Shown one piece after another: positions 17,131-24,424 of a DNA stretch of 32,000 nt. Both the position numbers and the translations under genes were made by a program. The stretch is from contig OZ246396.1 of NCBI GenBank assembly GCA_965230905.1, positions 330,001 through 362,000 of the forward strand, read 5' to 3'. Source of the stretch: Candidatus Saccharimonadota bacterium. Its GTDB lineage: Bacteria > Patescibacteriota > Gracilibacteria > UBA1369 > 2-02-FULL-48-14. How positions within the stretch are numbered: position 1 is the stretch's first letter; each line of letters begins with the position of its first letter. Under the pieces are notes generated by a model. The model was not told where the DNA came from and made no database searches. It saw only the letters and a list, made by a program, of their open reading frames with translations.

Positions 17131-17159
17131 AGTATAGGTGAGTGCGCACTCACCGTCAA
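17131..17159 (-). promoter_or_regulatory. recA promoter TTGACG-N17-TATACT whose spacer is a perfect 18-bp palindrome (candidate operator)
   Basis: The minus strand reads ATTGACGGTGAGTGCGCACTCACCTATACT. The -35 is at 17159-17154 and the -10 at 17136-17131. The palindrome GGTGAGTGC|GCACTCACC is at 17137-17154. ATG 17095 lies 35 nt downstream of the -10. Confidence 0.55.
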
Positions 17160-17268
17160 TAGAATTGTTAAAATTCCTCGGCGAAGCCTTATGTTAGCGC
17201 TTCTTTTTAGCAAAGTCCTGACAAAAACCTGAAATTTTTGGGGGAAATTTTGCGAGTGTTTGTTGGTG

Positions 17269-17296
17269 TTGACAAGTCCTTTCGGCATGTTAATCT
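17269..17296 (+). promoter_or_regulatory. Candidate promoter TTGACA-N16-(TGt)TAATCT for ORF 17328
   Basis: Consensus -35 at 17269-17274 and a TG-extended weak -10 at 17288-17296, 31 nt upstream of ATG 17328. Confidence 0.35.
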
Positions 17297-17327
17297 TTCC
17301 CCGATTTCCATTTTTAACCTTCGTTTT

Positions 17328-17810
17328 ATGGCTTTAGATAAAGGTTCAGTCGTTCCAGAAGATCACCGAATGCCTAGGAGAAATGTAAAATTTCCTGCAA
17401 GTGATGCTTTGACAGTGACTCGGCAAGATGTGTTGGACTCGGCTACATTTCTAGCTTTGGATCCAAAGACGGCTAATGAAGCTAAACCGGCGTTGATTTC
17501 AGTGGAGGGTGGCGAAGCTCAAAAGGGTTTCCAACTTCCAGATGGTAGAGTCGCTGTTGTGGCAGGTTTCGATAAAACGGCCTTTCTCTCCAATGGAACT
17601 ATAGATGCAAGTCGAGCCACTTTCCCTATGTCCTCTCCTAATGGAAAGCATGTGTATATGGACGTGGATCAAGCTACTCAGGCAGCGAGGCACGGAGGTT
17701 TTAGGTCAGCTTTGATATCAGCTGAGGGCAATGCCGGCTACAATAAGGTTGTTACGCCTGATGTGCATCCGACTCTTGATCCATATTTCGAAAGATCTCG
17801 AGCCAACTAA
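17328..17810 (+). CDS. Hypothetical protein (160 aa)
   Basis: Start taken at ATG 17328 (MALDKGS...), because the track start 17238 would include the candidate promoter. No family recognised; lower GC than the flanks. Confidence 0.5.
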   Translation: MALDKGSVVPEDHRMPRRNVKFPASDALTVTRQDVLDSATFLALDPKTANEAKPALISVEGGEAQKGFQLPDGRVAVVAGFDKTAFLSNGTIDASRATFPMSSPNGKHVYMDVDQATQAARHGGFRSALISAEGNAGYNKVVTPDVHPTLDPYFERSRAN

Positions 17811-17875
17811 AGCTTATAGAGTTCCTGTGCATGGTCTATTTACAAGGCCCACAGGTCATCTTGAGTAGGAGGTTT

Positions 17876-18151
17876 TTAGCCTAGCACTGTTTCTTCCCAA
17901 TCACTCTGATTTTTATATGCTTGTTTGAGAGCTGTCCTAATATCCTCTACATTAAGACCTACTGCATTGGCTAGTTCGGGCAAATTTACGTCTGGAATTC
18001 CGTGATGGTAACCATTCCAAAACAGACGTTTTTCTTTTTCATCATGGAATTTCCTGCCCGTCTCCCGATCAAGTTTCAAAAGTCCAGGGACGGCAGCCAA
18101 TGCGTCGTTCTCGTGGACGGGAAGTTCTGTTGTAGGATAGGTCTTTGACAT
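17876..18151 (-). CDS. Hypothetical small protein (91 aa) with a possible C-terminal helix-turn-helix
   Basis: ATG ORF. The segment NLPELANAVGLNVEDIRTALKQA resembles an HTH (hydrophobic-ELA-x-x-x-G-hydrophobic). Weak evidence, by eye only. Confidence 0.45.
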   Translation of the reverse strand: MSKTYPTTELPVHENDALAAVPGLLKLDRETGRKFHDEKEKRLFWNGYHHGIPDVNLPELANAVGLNVEDIRTALKQAYKNQSDWEETVLG

Positions 18152-18200
18152 TTTAAATGCTTAAATGAAGGCTGATTTATAATCCTTTTCTCTATCTGCG

Positions 18201-19454
18201 TCAAGCCGCCCACAAGTCCTGCGCGTGGTGGTTTGCAAATATATTCGTGGCGAGCACGTCTTCAATATTGGCTGGGCCGGAAACTTCCCAGAACCAACCT
18301 TGGTGAATAGTTTGGTGGAGGCGGGCGGATTTGCTAGCGCCGGCGGCGTCTTCTTTGTCGCGGACTAGGAAGTAGTGGCAGGCGTCGCGTTTTGGGAAAG
18401 CTTGGCCGTCTAAAACCGTGTCTACTTTTTCTTTATTAAGATTGAGGAGTTCGCCGGAATTGATGAGCGCGGTGGCGAGGGTGGCTTGGTCGCCGGAGGA
18501 GGCGATTTCGTAATGTGTCCACTTTCGGATCTGCACATCCAGGCCACGGTGGCGAAGCGCATTTTCGATGGTTTGAGCCTCGTTGTCGGTGATTTTGAGC
18601 TGCACGTAGAGTTCGATGGTGCCGGGCTTGTGCGCGTACAGCGTGAGCGCGGGTTTGGCTTCGTCGAAAGTGAGTGGGGAAAGTTCGCCCGTTTGTGCAG
18701 GATCACTTTCGCGTGCCTCCATATACTTACGCATGGAGGTGAAAATTCTTGGCATGAGCGCAGACGGCGCGCGTTCGGGATGTGGCATGATGGCCATCAC
18801 GTTTCCGCGCGGATTGCAGATGGCGGCGGCGTTATCGAGGGCGCCATTTGGGTTCACGGGAAAATTGGGATCGGTCTGGCCGTCTTTGGTGGAATAGCGG
18901 AAAACGATTTGTTTATTTTCTTGAAGTTTTTCGAGGAGGCCGGGGATGCTTGTGGTGAAACGTCCTTCGCCGTGAGCCACCGGAACTTGCTCCACTTCGC
19001 CACCGGCGTAGTCGAGGGTGAAGGCACAGCGAGCGGGGGCATCGCAGCGAACGTGTACGTTTTCGTTATAAAATCCCACGCCCAGAATTTCGCCATTTTT
19101 CACGCGTTTGTTACGCGCCAAAGACATCAGGAGTTTGTGATTTTCGCCACCCGGAACGAGTCCGGATTCCACTAGAATTTGTGCGCCGTTGCAGATTCCC
19201 AAAACGGGTTTTCCGCTGTCCGCTTGGCGACGGATTTCTTGCATGATGGGGTCCATGGAGGCGATGAGTCCACTGCGTCCACGGTCTTCATATGAAAAGC
19301 CTCCGGGGATCACAAAGCCGTCGAAGGCATTGAGACCAGCGGGATCTTGATTCCATCGAAAAAATTCTGCTTCGATTCCGGCATCTTGCAGCGCACGAAG
19401 CGTTTCGTATTCAGAATTTATTCCCGGAAATTGGAGGACGGCGACTCGGGTCAT
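18201..19454 (-). CDS. purQ: FGAM synthase glutaminase subunit PurQ fused to a ~170-aa C-terminal extension with two PurS-like segments
   Basis: PurQ core covers residues 1 to about 245, with catalytic GICNGAQ (Cys88) and MPHPER (His225/Glu227). The extension (nt 18204 to about 18707) contains IELYVQLKITDNEAQTIENALRHRGLDVQIRKWTHYEI...SGELLNLNKEKV, which is PurS-like, followed by a weaker second copy YFLVRDKEDAAG...WFWEV...IEDVLATNIFANHHAQ. Confidence 0.85.
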   Translation of the reverse strand: MTRVAVLQFPGINSEYETLRALQDAGIEAEFFRWNQDPAGLNAFDGFVIPGGFSYEDRGRSGLIASMDPIMQEIRRQADSGKPVLGICNGAQILVESGLVPGGENHKLLMSLARNKRVKNGEILGVGFYNENVHVRCDAPARCAFTLDYAGGEVEQVPVAHGEGRFTTSIPGLLEKLQENKQIVFRYSTKDGQTDPNFPVNPNGALDNAAAICNPRGNVMAIMPHPERAPSALMPRIFTSMRKYMEARESDPAQTGELSPLTFDEAKPALTLYAHKPGTIELYVQLKITDNEAQTIENALRHRGLDVQIRKWTHYEIASSGDQATLATALINSGELLNLNKEKVDTVLDGQAFPKRDACHYFLVRDKEDAAGASKSARLHQTIHQGWFWEVSGPANIEDVLATNIFANHHAQDLWAA

Positions 19455-19458
19455 GTGT

Positions 19459-21861
19459 TTATATTGATGTGGCTTGCGCCACGTTATTTATAGGCTCAGC
19501 TCCGCTGAGTGTGTTACGAAGTCCGTTCAGCCAAGTGTCGATGACTTGGGCTTTGGGAAGTGAGATTAAGGTTTGGCCCTTGTGAGTGAGCGTGAAGGTT
19601 TGGTCTTCAGTCGTTTCTCCCAGACACACTGTTTTCACCTCATTGTCGGCACAGAGTTTTTCGAATTCTGCTCCGCGAGGCGCCACAATTTCCACCACGA
19701 AGCCGCCGGTTTCGCTGAAGAGCAAGGCGTCGGGGCGGAGTTCACCGGCTTCACTGAGATCTGCGGTGAGCCCAAGCGTTCCTTCCCCGCGTCCACCCGC
19801 CATCATTTCGGCGAGCGCTATGGCGAGTCCTCCGTCAGAAATATCGTGGCAGGCCAGGGCCATGCTGTGATCGATGGCCATCAAAATGGCGCGGAGTTCT
19901 CCTTTAACTGTTTTGAAATCGGGCGCGGGCACGTTGGCGCCCAAGTGTCCGAGTTGGCGGTAGTATTCGCTGCCTCCGAGTTCATTTTTGCGCAGGCCGA
20001 GCAGATAGATTTTTGAGCCCGCTTGTTTGAACTCCATGGTCACGGCTTTATCGGTGTCTTCGATTCGCCCCAGAGTTCCAATGACCGGAGAGGGAGCGAC
20101 GCTGCCGTTTTTCGAGTGATTATAAAGAGACACGTTTCCGGAAACCACGGGGAGCGGCGTGTTGGGGTAGCTGAGGTGCCCGACGCCTTCGAGCCCTTCT
20201 TTGATTCCACGGATGCTTTCCACGAGTTCCCACATTTGTTCAGGATCTTCGGGGTTTCCAAAATTGAGACAGTCGGTGACGGCCCACGGTGTTGCACCGA
20301 TTGCGGCCACGTTTCGCATGCCTTCCACCACGGCGTTCACGCCGGCGAGGTAAGGGTTGATTTTTCCGTAGCGAGGGTTGGAGTCCACACTGAGTGCGGC
20401 GCCCACTTTGTGGATTTCTGGGGCTTCTTCACGGTTTCGGAAAGGCTGCAAAAGCCCTGCGTCCGCCATTCCCGGCTCGAACACCGTTTGGCCCTGCACC
20501 ACCTTGTCGTAGTTTTCAAAAATAGGTAGGCGGCTGGCGATGTTTTCGCTGCCGAGGACTTTGAGGAAAATTTCGGGCAGGTTTGGTTGGTCGAAGCTTG
20601 GTTCGGTGAAGGTACGGGCGGGCGCTTGGAAAGGCCGGTTGTACTGCACGCCTTCTGTGACTTGGGAGGCGGGCGCGTCCACCAGAATTTCGTCGCCGAA
20701 GCGAACGGTGTAGTTGCCTTTTTTTACTTTTCCTACGAAGCTGGCGCGGGCGCCGAGCGAAACGTTGGGAAGGTCCCACTCTTTATTGTAATGGTCCAAA
20801 ATCATTTGCGTGAGCGAAGGATCACAAACCCAGCAAAGTCGTTCCTGAGTTTCGGCGCAGGCGATCACGGCGGGCGGGAGGCCCGGGTACGCGGTGTGCA
20901 CGAGTGCCAGATCAATGTCCGCCCCGAGTCCCGCTGGTTCCACTTGCTCTACCGTTGCGCACACATTTCCGCCGGCTCCCATATCTTTAAAAGACACCTT
21001 GTCCAGCTGTCCATTCACGCTGAGTTTTTTGAATAAGTTGTAGGTGGATTCCGCCAGGTGACGCTCGAGGAACGGATTGGGTTCCTGCACGGCGCCCTTG
21101 TTCGCTTCCTTGTCTTCTTCCTTGAGCTCGAGTGAGGCAAAAGCGGCTCCGCCCATTCCTGATTGATCGGTGGGTTTTCCTACAATAATAAAGTCCCAGC
21201 CCTCGGCGTGTTCGGGCACAAAAGAGTGAATGATTTCGTCCTCGCGGATGGCGCCGAGGCAAACCACGTTCACCAAACAATTGTCGTTAAAAGATTCATC
21301 AAAATACGTGTCGCCGGCGAGATTGGGCACACCGAGTGGATTGGCGTAACCGGCAATTCCGCTCACCACGCCGGCCTGAATTTGGCGGCTCAGGGTTCGG
21401 TCGATTTGTCCAAAACGCAGCGGGTCAGCAACCGCAACGGCGCGGCCTCCCATCACAATAATGTCGCGGACCATTCCCCCAATTCCGGTGGCGGCGCCTT
21501 CGTAAGGCACCACTTGCGAAGGGTGGTTGTGCGATTCGTGGCCCATGATCACTCCATAACTTCGGCCGTCTTCATCAAGCGCAAAGTGGACAATTCCAGC
21601 GTCTTCTCCCACCCCCAGCATCACATTCGGCGCGTCTATGGGCAGCGTTTTCAGGTGACGGCGGCTGCTTCGATAAGAACAGTGTTCGCTTCCTTGAATT
21701 CCCCAAATAATAGATTCCGTAAGAGTCGGTGGGCGCTTCAAAATTCCTTGTACCTTGCGCGCTTCGTCCGGCGTGAGTCCAATTTTGTTCTCGGAAAGCA
21801 CGCGCAAAATTTCCTCGTCCGTCATGGCGGCGAAGTCCAGTGTGTTTATGAGGGAAGCCAT
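19459..21861 (-). CDS. purL: FGAM synthase subunit PurL (small/type II PurL)
   Basis: 800 aa with PurM-superfamily duplicated domains. N-terminal SEHCSYRSS, GHESHNHPS and GGAAFAS blocks. The purQ start lies 4 nt after its stop. Confidence 0.95.
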   Translation of the reverse strand: MASLINTLDFAAMTDEEILRVLSENKIGLTPDEARKVQGILKRPPTLTESIIWGIQGSEHCSYRSSRRHLKTLPIDAPNVMLGVGEDAGIVHFALDEDGRSYGVIMGHESHNHPSQVVPYEGAATGIGGMVRDIIVMGGRAVAVADPLRFGQIDRTLSRQIQAGVVSGIAGYANPLGVPNLAGDTYFDESFNDNCLVNVVCLGAIREDEIIHSFVPEHAEGWDFIIVGKPTDQSGMGGAAFASLELKEEDKEANKGAVQEPNPFLERHLAESTYNLFKKLSVNGQLDKVSFKDMGAGGNVCATVEQVEPAGLGADIDLALVHTAYPGLPPAVIACAETQERLCWVCDPSLTQMILDHYNKEWDLPNVSLGARASFVGKVKKGNYTVRFGDEILVDAPASQVTEGVQYNRPFQAPARTFTEPSFDQPNLPEIFLKVLGSENIASRLPIFENYDKVVQGQTVFEPGMADAGLLQPFRNREEAPEIHKVGAALSVDSNPRYGKINPYLAGVNAVVEGMRNVAAIGATPWAVTDCLNFGNPEDPEQMWELVESIRGIKEGLEGVGHLSYPNTPLPVVSGNVSLYNHSKNGSVAPSPVIGTLGRIEDTDKAVTMEFKQAGSKIYLLGLRKNELGGSEYYRQLGHLGANVPAPDFKTVKGELRAILMAIDHSMALACHDISDGGLAIALAEMMAGGRGEGTLGLTADLSEAGELRPDALLFSETGGFVVEIVAPRGAEFEKLCADNEVKTVCLGETTEDQTFTLTHKGQTLISLPKAQVIDTWLNGLRNTLSGAEPINNVAQATSI

Positions 21862-21871
21862 ATCTGCCTTG

Positions 21872-21901
21872 AATATAAGGGAGCGCGGGGGGTGTTGTAA
21901 A
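21872..21901 (-). promoter_or_regulatory. Candidate purL promoter TTTACA-N18-TATATT, 10 nt from the ATG
   Basis: The minus strand reads TTTACAACACCCCCCGCGCTCCCTTATATTCAAGGCAGAT-ATG. The -35 is at 21901-21896 and the -10 at 21877-21872. A start about 7 nt after the -10 would leave a leader of about 3 nt. Confidence 0.35.
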
Positions 21902-21966
21902 GACTTAGAAATTTACTTTTGAAAAACGTGTATTTGCCGTATATTACCGTCATTCATTTAAATTTT

Positions 21967-22677
21967 ATGGAAGCCTACGATTCAGATTTAATGGATTTGC
22001 ATAGGACTTGGACCTCACAAACTCCTGACTGTCTTGAAAAAGATCCTGCTTTGATGAGAAGGGCACTTTCAAGCAGTTCCCCTGTTGGCCTGATCCAGCA
22101 GATTTTGTATCGAGCTACGGGAGAAACCCTAAAGGGTGCTTTAAAGGACGTGAGTGAAACAGGAACTTTTTTTGAGAAAGGTCGTGTCGTAGCAGCTAGT
22201 GGACAGCATAATTTGGCACACCTTTTGTTTTCTAAAGCAGCGGAAGAGTCTGTAGACTTTAAGGAGCAAGTTCGTATTATACGGTGCCTGCTTCCAGGCT
22301 CTTCTAAAGAAGAAGCTAAAGCCCTGTTTGAAGTTGTTAAAAGGGAAGGAATCGTTGAGATTTATCATGCTTACGCTCAGTATCTTTTTTCTCACAAAAT
22401 GGAGATAGAGGCGGAAGCGGTATTAGAAGAAGGGATGGAAGCGGGAGACCTACAGTCTTATATGCTCACCTTATTTTGGCTTAAAGAGAAGGAATCTAAA
22501 TTGAGAGGGCTGGAGAAGATTAAAAATGTAATAGCTTTTTCAAAAGTTTTGATGAGGGGTACCTTGGCAGGCTTGAACGTTGCAAGGGATTCAAGAGCTC
22601 TGGCTTCAATGCTTATTCCTTCTGGGAAAGAGGGAGCTCCCCTCAATATGCCACAGGCGCTTGGCGTTTCGGCTTAA
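21967..22677 (+). CDS. Hypothetical helical protein (236 aa)
   Basis: First ATG is 21967 (MEAYDSDL...); the track start 21919 is TTG. Predicted alpha-helical and repeat-like. No family recognised; lower GC. Confidence 0.5.
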   Translation: MEAYDSDLMDLHRTWTSQTPDCLEKDPALMRRALSSSSPVGLIQQILYRATGETLKGALKDVSETGTFFEKGRVVAASGQHNLAHLLFSKAAEESVDFKEQVRIIRCLLPGSSKEEAKALFEVVKREGIVEIYHAYAQYLFSHKMEIEAEAVLEEGMEAGDLQSYMLTLFWLKEKESKLRGLEKIKNVIAFSKVLMRGTLAGLNVARDSRALASMLIPSGKEGAPLNMPQALGVSA

Positions 22678-22777
22678 CTTTGGCGAATGCACAAAAAGGG
22701 TTAAAGAAGGGAATATCTGCATTTTGGAATATGGGAAGACGAGGATGTGCGAACGGCGGGTTCCAGCATCACGGGCT

Positions 22778-23431
22778 TTAGCTCTCCAAAATTCGCCCAT
22801 CCTGAATATGGATTTGGCGTTTTTTGAGTCGGTCGAGGAGGGTGAGATTGTGCGTGGCAAAAATCACGGTGGCTCCTTCAATGTGCAGCTTGTGGAAAAG
22901 CGCTACGATGTCTTCGGCCGTTTTGGGGTCGAGGTTACCGGTGGGTTCGTCGGCAATGATTAGACGCGGTTCGTGGATTAGGGCGCGGGCGATGGCGCAG
23001 CGCTGTTTTTCTCCTCCGGAAAGTTGGTAGGGGAAATGGTGGCGGGCTTGTGAGAGGCCCACTTTTTCGAGGACCTCTGGCACGCGTTCGGCGATTTGGC
23101 GCTCGGTGTAGCCGCAGACTTCCATGGCAAAGGACACATTTTCGTAAACGGTTTTGCGTGGAAGGAGTTTGTAATCTTGGAAAACGATGCCGAGTTTGCG
23201 GCGGTATTCTTGCAAGGCGAGGCGGTTGAATTTCGTTATGTTGTAGCCGTCCACGGTCACTTCGCCGCTGCTGAGCGTAACGGCTCCGATGAGTGAGTGT
23301 ACCAGTGTGGTTTTTCCAGCTCCGGACGCGCCGGTGAGCCACAGCCAATCGCCTCCTTGAATCTGAAGGCTGACGTTATCGAGCACCAGGCGGTCTCCGT
23401 ATTTTTTCGTGGCGTTTTTGAACTCGATCAT
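22778..23431 (-). CDS. ftsE: Cell-division ABC ATPase FtsE
   Basis: Start taken at ATG 23431 (MIEFKNATKKYG...). Walker A GASGAGKTT, signature LSGGEKQR, Walker B LIIADEPTGNLD. Close collinearity with E. coli FtsE (recalled from memory). No ftsX is adjacent. Confidence 0.85.
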   Translation of the reverse strand: MIEFKNATKKYGDRLVLDNVSLQIQGGDWLWLTGASGAGKTTLVHSLIGAVTLSSGEVTVDGYNITKFNRLALQEYRRKLGIVFQDYKLLPRKTVYENVSFAMEVCGYTERQIAERVPEVLEKVGLSQARHHFPYQLSGGEKQRCAIARALIHEPRLIIADEPTGNLDPKTAEDIVALFHKLHIEGATVIFATHNLTLLDRLKKRQIHIQDGRILES

Positions 23432-23482
23432 TTGTTGCGTGGAGTTGGATCGATTATACTCACAGCATGACCGAAGTGACAA
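23432..23482. promoter_or_regulatory. Overlapping divergent promoters for ftsE and xerC/D
   Basis: Plus strand: TTGTTG (23432-23437)-N17-TATACT (23455-23460), then 6 nt to ATG 23467. Minus strand: TTGTCA (23482-23477)-N18-TATAAT (23458-23453), then 21 nt to ATG 23431. The two -10 boxes share the segment GATTATACTC. Confidence 0.4.
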
Positions 23483-24390
23483 CTCTCCAGCGCCAGATCA
23501 CTCGATTTCTTGAACACCTCGAGGTGGGCAAAAATAAGTCGCACAAAACCATCGAGAATTATCATCATTATTTACAGCGTTTTGCGGAGTTTTATGAGGG
23601 GCGGGATTTGGCTGCGCTGAGCCTGGACGAGCTGCATTCGTATCAGCTTTTTTTGAATCGGTATGTGGACAGGCGGGACCATGGGCTGGGCGTGAAGACG
23701 CAGAATTATCATCTGATTGCGCTGCGGGCTTTTTTGAAATATTTGGCGCGGAATGATATTGCGTCGCTGTCGCCGGAGAAAGTGGATCTGAAGAAAATTC
23801 CTGAGCGGATTGTAGATTTTTTGACGCGCGACGAGGTGGAGCGTTTGATGGAAGTGATTCAATTGGAAAAAAAAGCGGGGCCGCGGGACCGGGCAATGCT
23901 GGAAACTTTGTATTCCACGGGTTTGCGAGTTTCGGAATTGGTTTCGCTGAATCGTTCGCAGGTGGATTTGGAGCGGCGGGAATTCACCGTTCGTGGGAAG
24001 GGGAAAAAGCCGCGAATTGTGTTTTTGTCGGAGCGCTGCGTGAAGTGGCTGCGAATGTATTTAAGCGAGCGGGCGGACAATTGGGAGCCGGTGTTTATCA
24101 GTTTTAGTCGGAATCGGGACGATGAGTCCCTGGGCCTGGGCGAACGCCGGCGGCTAACCAGGTGCACGGTGGAAGAAGTGGTGGGGCGTGCAGGACGCCT
24201 CGCAGGAATTGGAAAACGCGTGACTCCGCATTTGCTGCGTCACTCTTTTGCGACGGATTTGCTGCACAACGGCGCGGACATTCGCAGCGTTCAAGAGATG
24301 CTCGGACACGCCTCCATCACGACCACGCAAATTTACACCCACTCGACCAACGAGCGGCTAAGGGAGGTGCATGAGAGGTTTCATAAGTGA
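23467..24390 (+). CDS. xerC: Tyrosine recombinase XerC/XerD family
   Basis: N-terminal SAM-like core-binding domain. Catalytic residues occur in the expected blocks: ...GLRVSEL..., HLLRHSFAT, LGHASITTTQIYTH. 307 aa. XerC and XerD cannot be distinguished by eye. Confidence 0.88.
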   Translation: MTEVTTLQRQITRFLEHLEVGKNKSHKTIENYHHYLQRFAEFYEGRDLAALSLDELHSYQLFLNRYVDRRDHGLGVKTQNYHLIALRAFLKYLARNDIASLSPEKVDLKKIPERIVDFLTRDEVERLMEVIQLEKKAGPRDRAMLETLYSTGLRVSELVSLNRSQVDLERREFTVRGKGKKPRIVFLSERCVKWLRMYLSERADNWEPVFISFSRNRDDESLGLGERRRLTRCTVEEVVGRAGRLAGIGKRVTPHLLRHSFATDLLHNGADIRSVQEMLGHASITTTQIYTHSTNERLREVHERFHK

Positions 24391-24424
24391 TATGCTAGAT
24401 TTATTTTGATTCACTTTACCCATT

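Noticed and set aside
21862-21966. A purine or ZTP riboswitch upstream of purL.
   Set aside because: The 105-bp spacer lacks the conserved purine-riboswitch junction sequences and the ZTP (pfl) GGGUCGUGAC / CCGCCUGGGC-like elements. The candidate promoter would leave almost no leader.
23467-24390. The tyrosine recombinase as an integrase marking a mobile element that includes the FG-GAP and HNH genes.
   Set aside because: Its size, domain order and C-terminal LGHASITTTQIYTH block fit chromosomal XerC/D. I could find no att-like direct repeats or tRNA target flanking 23467-27150.
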